Positions 25,531 through 35,417 of a stretch of 64,000 nucleotides of DNA are shown in pieces. The position numbers and the translations under genes were made by a program. The stretch spans positions 16,680,001 to 16,744,000 of the forward strand of contig CM075990.1 in assembly GCA_038087875.1 (NCBI GenBank). The letters run 5' to 3'. The notes beneath the pieces are model-generated. The model was not told where the DNA came from. It saw nothing but the letters and a program-made list of their open reading frames with translations, and made no database searches. This stretch comes from Malacoraja senta. Its lineage: Eukaryota. Within the stretch, counting starts at the first letter, position 1, and each line of letters opens with the position of its first letter.

Positions 25531-26105
25531 ATTAACAGATTAGTCCTGTCATGGCATGGATGACTTTCGCCAGTTACAGGATGGACCATCAAGACTGGTC
25601 TTTTAGTGACGGCCATACATGGTTCTGAAACCATGTCGAGAACCACAGGGAACCATGGCTGGGTAGGCCAGTCGGGTACTACCAAAATACCTGACGCAGA
25701 GTCTTGTTGTATTTTGCGTAAGACCCGACTGATGAGGCAGAAGGGGGGAAATGCATAGAAAAACAAATTTCCCCAGTGCAGCGAAAATGCGTCCATCGCT
25801 GCTGCCCCAGGGTCTGGTTCCCACGCAACATATGTCGGCAACTGGTGGTTAAGCCTAGATGCAAATAGATCGATATCTGGTGTTCCATATCTTGCTATGA
25901 TGTCTGCAAACACTTTAGGGTCCAACATCCATTCAGTGTTGTCATTACATTTTCGTGACCTGGTGTCTGCCACTGAATTAAGTTTACCTGGTAGGTAAAT
26001 AGCAGATGTCCAAATGTTTCTCTGGATACACCATTGCCAGATTGAATTGGCCAGATCATCACATGATATCGATCTGATTCCACCCATGTGATTAATATAA
26101 GCCAC
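25518..26105 (-). pseudogene. DIRS pol C-terminus: RNase H end and DNA N6-adenine methyltransferase-like domain
   Basis: AYINHMGG...YLPGKLNSVADTRSR...DIDLFASRLNHQLP...FYAFPPF...VVPDWPTQPWFP. Confidence 0.85.
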
Positions 26106-27565
26106 CGCAGTGGTATATCTATTTGCAGGCGAACATGCAAATGATGCATTTTTGAACAGTATGCCTTCAACCCATAGAATGCTCCCAACATTTCCAAATA
26201 ATTTATACCAAGTGTATAAAGCAAAGATGATTCATGCGCATCCCATCTGCCCCCACAACTGTAGATGGTGTTGGTGGCTCCCCAATCTTGAGCGCTGGCA
26301 TCAGTCTGTAATACAACTGACGGGTTGCTAATAATAATGGAGCTGAAGGAACGCCGAATGTTATGCGTCCACCATCGGAGTTCCAAAATAGCTTTTGTTG
26401 GTAATTGCATTGGTCTATCGAAATGACCAGCATGATGTTTAAGTGCTTGCACCTTTGCTCTCTGTAAATTCTGATAGTGCAAAGGTCCAAAGTGTGTCGC
26501 TGGAAAAGCAGCTACGATTTTGCCAATTACCCTTGCTACTAGTCTGATAGATGGTTGACTGATGAGAGCAAGGTTGCTGCAAACTTCCATTAATTCAGTT
26601 GCCTTTCCCCTAGGTAAAGTCACAGTCATGTGAACTGAATTAATGGTGAATCCCAAATAGTCCATAGTCATGGATGGTGTTAACTTTGATTTATCTGGAT
26701 GTATGATAAACCCCAGTTTCTAAAATAGACCTATGGTAGCTGAAACAGCTAATTTGGCTCATTCGTAGGTTTTACCCACGATTAGTATGTCATCTAAATA
26801 CGCCATGACTATATGTTTTTGTTTCCGAAGAAACGCCAGAGCTGGTTTCAGTAATTTGGTGAATAGTCTGGGGGTTGAGGTCAATCCATTAGGTAGTGCT
26901 TTGTACTGCCAAAGCTGCCCCATCCAGTTAAACTTCAGATATCGGCGGTGATCCTTGTGTATAGGCACCGAACAGTATGCATCTTTTAAATCGATGCATG
27001 CCATGAAGTAGCCTTTGGAAATCAATTGTTTGGCCGTGACAAAGGTATCCATTTTGAAGTGAGTATACTGCACAAATGTGTTCAATTGTCTCAAATCGAT
27101 AATGATGCGACATCCACCATCTTTTTTCTTTTTTGTGAAAATGTTTGACACAAATTCTCGAGACTCATGTTGAGATCTCTCAATTACACCCTTAGTATAA
27201 AGCCTCTTAATTTCAGCATGACCATCCAACTTCTCTTGTTGTGATAGAATAAATGATCTGATGGGTGCATGCTGAACCGGAGGAAGGTGTTTGTTTTCGA
27301 CTTCAATTTCATATCCTTGAACACTATGCAGTAGATAAGAATCAGAGGTTATTGAGCTCCATGCCTCCCAAACCCAGTGTAACCTACCACTAACAAGTGT
27401 ATCCATTGCACCCGCTATGTCCTGCGAGGAACCAGACCCACCTACCTCCATGGTTACCAGTGGGGTGTTCATCTCTTCTTCTTCTGTTTCTTGGCCGATT
27501 GAGGTGCTGAAATTCGGGGTTGGCGCATCTTCCACGAAGGTCGCTCTGGGCCGCGGTCTAAAAAA
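25895..27565 (-). pseudogene. DIRS reverse transcriptase and RNase H (disrupted)
   Basis: KKKDGGCRIIIDLRQLN, IDLKDAY, LPNGLTSTPRLFTK, AYLDDILI; DYLGF; LQTDASAQDWG...INYLEM; stop at 26759 and a frameshift near 26110. Confidence 0.92.
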
Positions 27566-28653
27566 GACCTTTGTCCTTGAGTTGCGGCCTTCGAACTTTC
27601 ACCAGTTTCGACGTGACGTGGCCTGCTGGTGGATGCGTAGGGGTGCTGTCGCCAAGGTATTTTGCCCGATGCCTTGATGAGCCCGGCGGCTTTCGCCTCT
27701 TCATCCAGGTCTTTAACCTGTTTGGACAGGTTGCCCCCCAATAACAAAATTGGCGGCGGTGTGGTGTTGGTCTTGCACAGAGCTGCAAATTTGGGGTTCA
27801 AGGCTGGGCTGATGGAGTTCTTTCGGAAACAGTTGATCTCGAACTGTGTATTGCAGAGCATCGCCAGCGTATCTTGCTGAGCCTCTGTCATTTCCGTGTC
27901 ATCCACCGACCGGGCAAATGCTGTAATCCCCGTTGTTAAAATTTGAGGATTTTCTGCATTTGTACCTCCTGTGCCCTTACACCTGCACCAATATGTCCCC
28001 AGATGGAGGGATTCACTGCTGGGACATTCAGTGAAATACAGTTCCCTGGTGCCAGGTATTTTGCAGTGGTTTCATTAAGTGCCTGTTCCTGCAATTGATG
28101 GGTTGAAAGGTAGTCAATGCTGGCTGCTAGTTGTTGTTTCAGCGGATGCCCTGACTGTGGAGGCACCGCAAACTTTTCACCATGCCCAGCATCTTCTCTT
28201 CTGGCACCCCCAGCACACTTGAAGTATCTTCAGCCAACCCTTGTTCCGAGTCAGCCCAGAAATGACTCCCAATGCTCCCCTCTGTCGAGGGAGATGCATT
28301 GTGCAGCCCTGAAAAAGGTACTGCCATGGGCGTCCTAGGAGGCCCGTAGTGACATGACTCCTTCTCCCGGAGTTTGTCACGGTGAAGCAGTTGCTCCACC
28401 AGCCGCTCCAAACGTGAAATGCGACTACTGTCGCTGTCAGCCGGCGGCGTTTGCTCATGGCCCGATACATCGGAGTCCATGAGCGTGTCCCTCCTTTTGG
28501 CGTTCCTGTCAGCCTGTGGTGACCCAGGCTGCACAGGTGCCGGGACAAAGATTGCGATGCTGCAGTCGGCCGCTGCTGGCTCCCGGTACTCTCGCGGTCC
28601 TCCTCAGCCAGTTTCTTAGCGGCCCGTTTGGACTTGGTACGGGTCCTGTCCAT
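27469..28653 (-). pseudogene. DIRS gag-like ORF1 (frameshifted pieces)
   Basis: ORF pieces 28177-28653, 28139-28534, 27936-28166 and 27469-27906 (YLAPGNCISLNVPAVNPSIW...RKNSISPALNPKFAALC...LLGGNLSKQVKDL) directly upstream of RT. Confidence 0.7.
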
Positions 28654-29269
28654 CGTTGGTCTTCCTGTGAACAGAAAGACACCCGAAAAACGACCTCAGA
28701 GTAAGTAACTTACCTGTAGGTCTCCGGGTTTCAGCTTACCGCTGCGGGGAACGCTCCTCCCCGCCTGTCGCTCTCAATGCACTAGACGATATGTCGTGCA
28801 TGCGCCCTGGCGGGCTCGTCACGTAGTCACTCAGGTGACTCCGAAGTAAAATTCTGTATTGAGCTCGAATCTTCCTGTTCCTGCTTAAAGTCTGCAGGCT
28901 CTTTATTAATCTGTGTCATAATCCACATCAATTTCTTCCCTCTATCAATGTCATATTTTAAGTTATGGAAGTAGATGCCAAGAATTCATTAACACCCTGG
29001 TGTTAAATCATGACTTCATGTCTAATAAAGGCTGAAACACACTTCTAGATGATACTAACTGTATTAACAGGCATGTGTTGTACTTCCATAGACCTTGCCA
29101 AAAACACAAGGTCAAGTTTACAATAGAAACACTTTGCTCCATCTTTCTGAGTACATGTTGAGCCATCAAAGCATCCCGAAATCCAATGTGCAATTATACA
29201 AAAGCGAAAAATGAATTCCTATAATTTCAATTCCATCTCTTGTGTAAGAGGTTTTTCTATCGTAATATG

Positions 29270-29569
29270 TAGGGTGCAGCAGTAGAGTTGCTGCCTTTAA
29301 GTGTTTACAGCGGGTTCGATCCCGGCTACGGGTGCTGTCTGTACGAAGTTTGTACCTTTTCCCCGTGACCAGGTGGGTTTTCTCCGAGATCTTCAGTTTC
29401 CTCCTACAGTCCAAAGACTTACAGGTTTGTAGGTTAATTGGCTTGGAATAAATGTGACAATTGTCCTTAGTGTGTGTAGGATAGTGTTGATGTGCGGGGA
29501 TCGCTGGTCGGCGCGGACTCGGTGGGCCGAAGGGCCAGTTTCCGAGCTGTATCTCTAAACTAAACTAAA
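29270..29569 (+). mobile_element. HE1-like V-SINE
   Basis: B box GGTTCGATCCC, V-domain, tail CTGTATCTCTAAACTAAACTAAA. Confidence 0.8.
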
Positions 29570-31630
29570 TATCATAAGAGTACAATGCTGCTCCGTCAGC
29601 GGTGGAGCAGCGGCAGAGGACACCACGGCCACGCTTGGCCAGGCCGACCCTGCAACGCCGCCAGGACAACAGACCTACATGGTCAGGTCAAGATGCCTGC
29701 ACTTACAACAACTGGGACTTGAATATGGCACCAAATTGGCGACTCTGTATACTGTCTCTGTGTACTACTGCTAAACACTTGTACTGTATCTGAGATGCCT
29801 ATTTCAGATGTATCTAAGTGTTTATGCATTGTGATACTTGTACTGAACTGTATACAAAGATGAATTTCACTGTACCTCAGTGCATGCAGCAAATAAAGTA
29901 CCATACCATTCCAATAGATTATGAAAGATGAGAAAAGATATTTCATAATGTCAGTACAAGCTTCACTTAACTGTAAGCACAGCGATGGATTGGTGTTAAT
30001 CCTCTAGCACTAGTATTGGAGCCATCAAACGTTCTACCATTCAAAGATGTCCCGTTGATCTGCATTCCAACACCATATAATCCTAAGCCATTAACTCTAT
30101 TGCCTGAGTTGCGTTTCTCAGTTTCCCTTTAAGATTCAGAACATGAACTCAGGCACCCATGTCAGATGGGAGATAATTGACCTGAAACATAAACACTGTG
30201 TTTTCTTACAGATGCTACCTGATCTACTGAGGATTTTCATCCATTTTAATTATCATTTCAGACATTCCTGGGGCTAAATGTCCTTTTCCTTGAATCTAAG
30301 TATTTACCACAGAAGAAATAGAAAGATCTCATGGTTAAGATATCAATGGTATTGCAGGAATTGCAAAGGCTAATGTCATTGTCTGAATCTGAAGATGGTT
30401 CTCGGCCTGAAGCATCATCTCCAGAGCCTCAATCTGAAGAAGGGTTTCGGCCCGAAACGTTGCTTATTTCCTTCGCTCCATAGATGCTGCCTCACCCGCT
30501 GAGTTTCTCCAGCATTTTTGTGTATCTCCAGAGATGCTCCCTGACCCGCTGAGTTACTCCAGCATTTTATGTCTGTCTTCGGTACAACATACTCCCTGAG
30601 TTGACCCTCCATGTTGGACTTTTTGGTGACATGATTTTGATCAACATTACTGCAGGTTGTTGACTTTTTTTGTGATTCGCCTCTGTCTTAAATAAGTACC
30701 TAATCATGTTTAGCTGGGTACCTTAAATAAAATATATAAAGACGGACCATGTTCTTTGTGCTTGTTGTCCTTTCCTTCTTAAGTGCCTGTGCGTCCACCA
30801 TTCTACAATTCTCACCTCCACACTTTGGCCTGGGTTGAATATAGTTGAGCCTACAGTGGGGTTGAACCTTCTTGAATATAGTTGGACCACTAATCACCCA
30901 TTCAATGCCCTCCTGACCTGTCAATGGCAGCACAGCGTTTGTGAAGTCAGGAGTTTGTGTCACTCATTAACACCACGGAGAACATCAACTAAAGTCAGAG
31001 AGTCACACAGCACGGAGACAGGCCCTTTGGCCCAACACTAGTCCCACCTGCCAGCGGTTTGGCCCATATCCCTCGAAAATATTCTTGTCCAACTCTGCTG
31101 AATAAAGCTTGATTGACGGTCCCTAGCTTTGTAACAAAGTCACCATTGATTCCAAAATCTATGCGTGGACAAATAGTTCCACAGGATTAATAAGTTTGTA
31201 AGTTATCTGAGCAGAATTAGGCCATTCAGCCTATCAGGTCTACTCTGCCATTCAATCCTGGCTGATCCATCTTTCCCTCTCAACCCCATTCTCATTTCTT
31301 CTCCCCATAACCCCTGACCACCGTGTTAAAATTAGCCACCAGCATTGGACAGGAGTTGGAGCAATGGCTGATATTGACAACACTGCCCCATCTCCCCCCC
31401 CAGCCCCTTGCCCCTGTTGTGCACCTCAGCAGGCTCATTGGGCCCATGTGGAATAGCACGTGAGATTGGAACTCTAGCGACTTCAATATCCTCTTTCCAC
31501 CTGCAACCGGGGACAATGTCTGAAGAAGGGTCTCGAACCAAAACGTCACCCATTCCTTCTCTCCAGAGGTTCTGCCTATCCCGCTGAGTTACTCCAGCAA
31601 TTTGTGTCTATCTTCGGTGTAAACCAGCAT

Positions 31631-31684
31631 GGGGTGGAAGATTGCAACCTTCACGTGGTCCACCCTGTTTCGACGAATGCAATC
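31631..31684 (+). ncRNA. Minimal HDV-like (CPEB3-type core) self-cleaving ribozyme
   Basis: P1 GGGGTGG/CCACCCT (G1-U wobble), P2 GATTGCA/TGCAATC, P3 ACC/GGT, L3 TTCACGT, GT, short TTCGA loop in place of P4, J4/2 CGAA with putative catalytic C at 31674. Confidence 0.85.
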
Positions 31685-31770
31685 AACCCGGCGTGCACAA
31701 TCAAATAAGATCAAATAGAACAAGTTGTCCTACAACTTTAGGATGTGCACGCCATACGCAAGAAGGAGAA
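31631..31770 (+). mobile_element. Short non-autonomous retroelement with 5' HDV-like ribozyme and Vingi-like 3' tail
   Basis: 12-bp TSD GTAAACCAGCAT (31619-31630, 31771-31782) inside a Penelope-like pLTR; 3' end CTACAACTTTAGGATGTGCACGCCATACGCAAGAAG matches 34147-34182. Confidence 0.9.
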
Positions 31771-31887
31771 GTAAACCAGCATCTGCAGTTCCTTCCTACA
31801 CAGGTTCTACCCGGCTGTGCATCATCCCGGCCCCATTAGCTGTAGCAAAGTATCTAGAAATGTCACATCAAGAGAGAGTTAAATACA

Positions 31888-32037
31888 GCTCTTAGGGCTA
31901 AGGGAATCAAGGGATATGGGGAGAAGGCAGGAACGGGGTACTGATTTTGGATGATCAGCCATGATCATATTGAATGGCGGTGCTGGCTCGAAGGGCCGAA
32001 TGGCCAACTCCTGCACCTATTTTCTATGTTTCTATGT
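31888..32037 (+). mobile_element. CR1 LINE 3' end with (TTCTATGT)n tail
   Basis: GGGATATGGGGAGAAGGCAGG...GAAGGGCCGAATGGCC..CTCCTGCACCTATTTTCTATGTTTCTATG. Confidence 0.85.
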
Positions 32038-32497
32038 CTCTATCTTCCGCAGCTGACTGAGTGACAGGCCAGCGAAATGCAGAGCGCAGCTAATTACTGT
32101 GAGCACTCAGCCGGACCCAAACTGCAGTGGGCGCATGCTTGATTCGAAGGAAAGTAGCAGCATCCATGCGGCGTTGGGGCTCAACAGACTGTGCAGTTCC
32201 TTATTAAAACCGAGGACTGATTATGGTGCAGTTTAAACAAGAAGACGATCGTTTTATTTTAAGGTGCTTTGAGAGAATCGGAGCATCGTTGCAGATTAAA
32301 CACCGAACTGCAGATGTTGACTCGTTAATCTGACCAGGAGCTCCCCCATATTTCCTTATCAGTGGAAACTGAGAAATGAGACTTTCATTAGAAATAAGCA
32401 GCAATGTTTGGTTTCTTCACAAAATGTATGACGTAACAGTCCAGGGGCTTGCTAAATAGCATCTAAGTACATCCCAGCCTGAGACACATGAAGCCCA

Positions 32498-32932
32498 TGA
32501 CCGCGTGGGTTTTCTCCGAGATCTCCGGTTTCCTCCCACATTCCAAAGACGTACAGGACTGAAGGTGGTGCAGGAAAGAACTGCAGATGCTGGTCTAAAT
32601 CGAAGGTAGACACAAAATGCTGGAGTAACTCAGCGGGACAGGCAGCATCTCTGGAGAGAAGGAATGGGTGACGTTTCGGGTCGAGACGTTTCGGGTCGGG
32701 TCTGAAGAAGGGTCTCGATCCGAAACGTCACCCATTCCTTCACTCCAGAGATGCTGCCTGTCCCGCTGAGTTACTCCAGTATTTTGTGTCTACCAGGTTT
32801 GTAGGTTAATTGGCTTGGTATAAATATAAATTGTCCCTAGTGTGTACAGGATAGTGTTAGTGTGCGGGGATCGCTGGTCAGTGCAGACTTGGTTGGCCGA
32901 AGGGCCTGTTTCCGCGCTGTATCACTAGACTA
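32498..32932. mobile_element. V-SINE split by an inverted Penelope-like pLTR pair (about 32571-32794)
   Basis: SINE stops at GACGTACAGG and resumes CAGGTTTGTAGG; the sequence in between is a palindrome of pLTR sequence. Confidence 0.8.
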
Positions 32933-33568
32933 AGTTCATAATTTTCCCACATTGGTCAAGACAGCTGAAAAAACCCTCTTCCATTTAGATTATGTGAAGA
33001 GAGAGCATTCTCCCCAGTAATTATTGAAGATAAATGTAAATGTTGAGATTGCATGTGTATGTAAACAGGTTTTCTTTGTCAACGCCATAACTTCAGATTT
33101 AGATTTATTATTGTCATGTGTACTGAGGTATGTGCTTTGTACGCTCTCCAAACAGATCAGACAGCAATCAGACTACGATCAGTCTGAAGAAGGGTCCCGA
33201 TCCAAAATGTTACCTATCGATGTTCCCCAGAGATGCTGCCTGACCAACTGAGTTACTCCAGCACTTTGTGCCTTTTCTTTTTAAACCAGTATCTGCAGCT
33301 CCTGGATTAATACAATTATACAATTGTATAATTAATATACAATTATACAATCAAGTCCGATTCAAGTACAATAGATGGAGCAAAGTGCAGAATATAGTTC
33401 TCAGCATCGCAGCACATCCGTTCCATTGACAATGACATGTCATAGACATAGATTAGACAAACTAAACTGAACTGAACAATGTCCAATGTCCGCAATGGGG
33501 TTGAGGTGAATCAGACTGTGTCCTGGCAAAGGGAAAGATACAGATTTGATTATATAGTTCTCAGCATT

Positions 33569-34187
33569 GCAACGAGTTGACACTGTCCTTAACTCCGCAA
33601 TGCGGGTCATCACAGGGAGGCTTAAGTCAACACCTTTGCAGTGGCTCCCTGTCCTCTCTCATATCACCCGTCCCAGCATACGCAGAAGGGAGAGGATGTT
33701 GAAAGATTGGTGCACCACCGGGGCCAACTCTGACCTTCCCATCCATGCTGACTCGAACAATCTGCCCAACATGCGCCTGAAGCCCTGCAAACCCTTCTGG
33801 CCTTCCGTTAAATCCCTGGAAGACTTTGACTCCGAGTCTGAGTGGCGCAGAGCCTGGAAAGATGCCAACACCAACAACGGAGAGGTCATCACAGACCCCA
33901 CAGTGAAACCACCGGGTTTTGACCTCCACCGCAAGCAATGGCTAACCCTGAACAGAATCCGCACCCTCCATGCAAGAACTGCACGTGGGGGATGACAGAC
34001 AGCCCTGCTTGCGACTGCGGACATCCAGACTAGACCAGACCATCCCACACATCGTGAATGACCGCCCACTGAGGCTTTTCCCCGGGGGCATCAAAGCCAT
34101 CCACCCAGTAACTGATGCTGTCCTGGCCTGGATGTCCGCCCTTGATCTACAACTTTAGGCTGTGCACGCCATACGCAAGAAGAGGAG
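33569..34187 (+). mobile_element. 5'-truncated Vingi/Ingi-clade (I group) LINE: C-terminal ORF with CCHC-like knuckle and 3' tail
   Basis: VDTVLNSAMRVITGRLKSTPLQWLPVLSHI.RPSIRR...PPGFDLHRKQWLTLNRIRT; after a frameshift WG..DSPACDCGHPD.TIPHIV..(R)PLRLFPGG; short (GAA/GAG) tail; flanking GCATT repeat (33564-33568, 34188-34192). Confidence 0.75.
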
Positions 34188-34723
34188 GCATTACAGCGCA
34201 TTATTATAGAATCTGGAGTCTGTCCCTTTAAAAATGGTCAGATTTAAATCTCTGCTTCTGTTCCTATTAATGATGTGAAAGAGCTCTGGGAGTGCTGACA
34301 ATTTCAGCAGCTGTAATATATTCATGGCTGGAGATTCAGCTTGATGTCATTGCTGCTGCCGTCCCACGAGGCATCATTAAATCTGTTCAGACTGAGTAAT
34401 GGCTGTGAATGAATGGCCACAGAACGAGCTTCCTTCTTCAAAAAAACAAAACCCACGCTAGGCCTTGGGCAGTGGAAGATTTTCCGCGATTCCCCTCTTA
34501 AAATAATCTTGACATTAAATACGGTACAAATTGCAGACTCCTTTCGAAGGGAAAGGAAGCCAGGAATTGTAACCCTCGGCATTTCATAAAACTAAGATTG
34601 CCGATATATTTCTCAAATTATTTTACTCTTGCGTTCTGCAACTTTCAGGAACAGATTCTTCCCCATATCAGGCTTCTGAACGGTCCTTCCATAAGCTAGG
34701 ATACTGTCCGATTCACCTCTACT

Positions 34724-35026
34724 GGGGTGGCTTGGTGGCGCAGCGGTTGAGTTGCAGCGCCAGAGACCCAGGTTCGATCCCAACTACGGGCGCTGTCTGT
34801 ACGGACTTTGTACGTTCCCCCCGTGACCGCGTGGGTTTTCTCCGAGATCTTCAGTTTCCTCCCACACTCCAAAGACGTACAGGTTTGTACGTTAATTGGC
34901 TTGTTGTGTGTGTAAATTGTCCCTAGTGTGTGTAAGATGGTGTTAATGTGCGGGGATCGCTGGTCAGCGCGGACTCGATGGGCCGAAGGGCCTGTTTCCG
35001 CGCTGTATCTCTAAACTAAACTAAAC
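34724..35026 (+). mobile_element. HE1-like V-SINE, full length
   Basis: Head, V-domain and (CTAAA)n tail. Confidence 0.85.
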
Positions 35027-35211
35027 CACCCCATTGCGGACATTGGACTTTGTCTCTGGAACTGGTGCTACAATGCTGAGAACTATATTCTGCACTCTGT
35101 ATCTTCCCCTATTGGACTTGAGTCTGCTGTCAATTCTCGTTAAGAAGTTGTAGGACAGAGAATTTCCCAAAATCAAGAGAAGATGAACGTTTGTAAGTCT
35201 CTGGTAATTTT

Positions 35212-35417
35212 CAAGAAAGAACTGCAGATGCTGGAAAAATCGAAGGTAGACAGAAATGTTGTAGAAACTCAGTAGGTGAGGCAGCATCTAGGGAGCGAGG
35301 AATAGGTGACGTTTCGGAACTGAAGAAGGGTCTCGACCCGAAACGTCACCTATTCCTTCGATGCTATAGATGCTGCCTGAAACCCGCTGAGTTTCTCCAG
35401 CATTTCTGTCTACCTTC
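35212..35417. mobile_element. Inverted Penelope-like pLTR pair with hammerhead core at 35320-35347
   Basis: Palindromic arms around CTGAAGAAGGGTCTCGACCCGAAACGTC. Confidence 0.8.

Larger units (their letters stand above)
23537..28852 (-). mobile_element. DIRS1-type tyrosine-recombinase retrotransposon, structurally complete but mutated
   Basis: ITRs (24164-24200 vs 28788-28824), ICR 24306-24415 complementary to both termini, AAT trinucleotide at both ends, and gag-RT-RH-MT-YR coding remnants. Confidence 0.95.
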
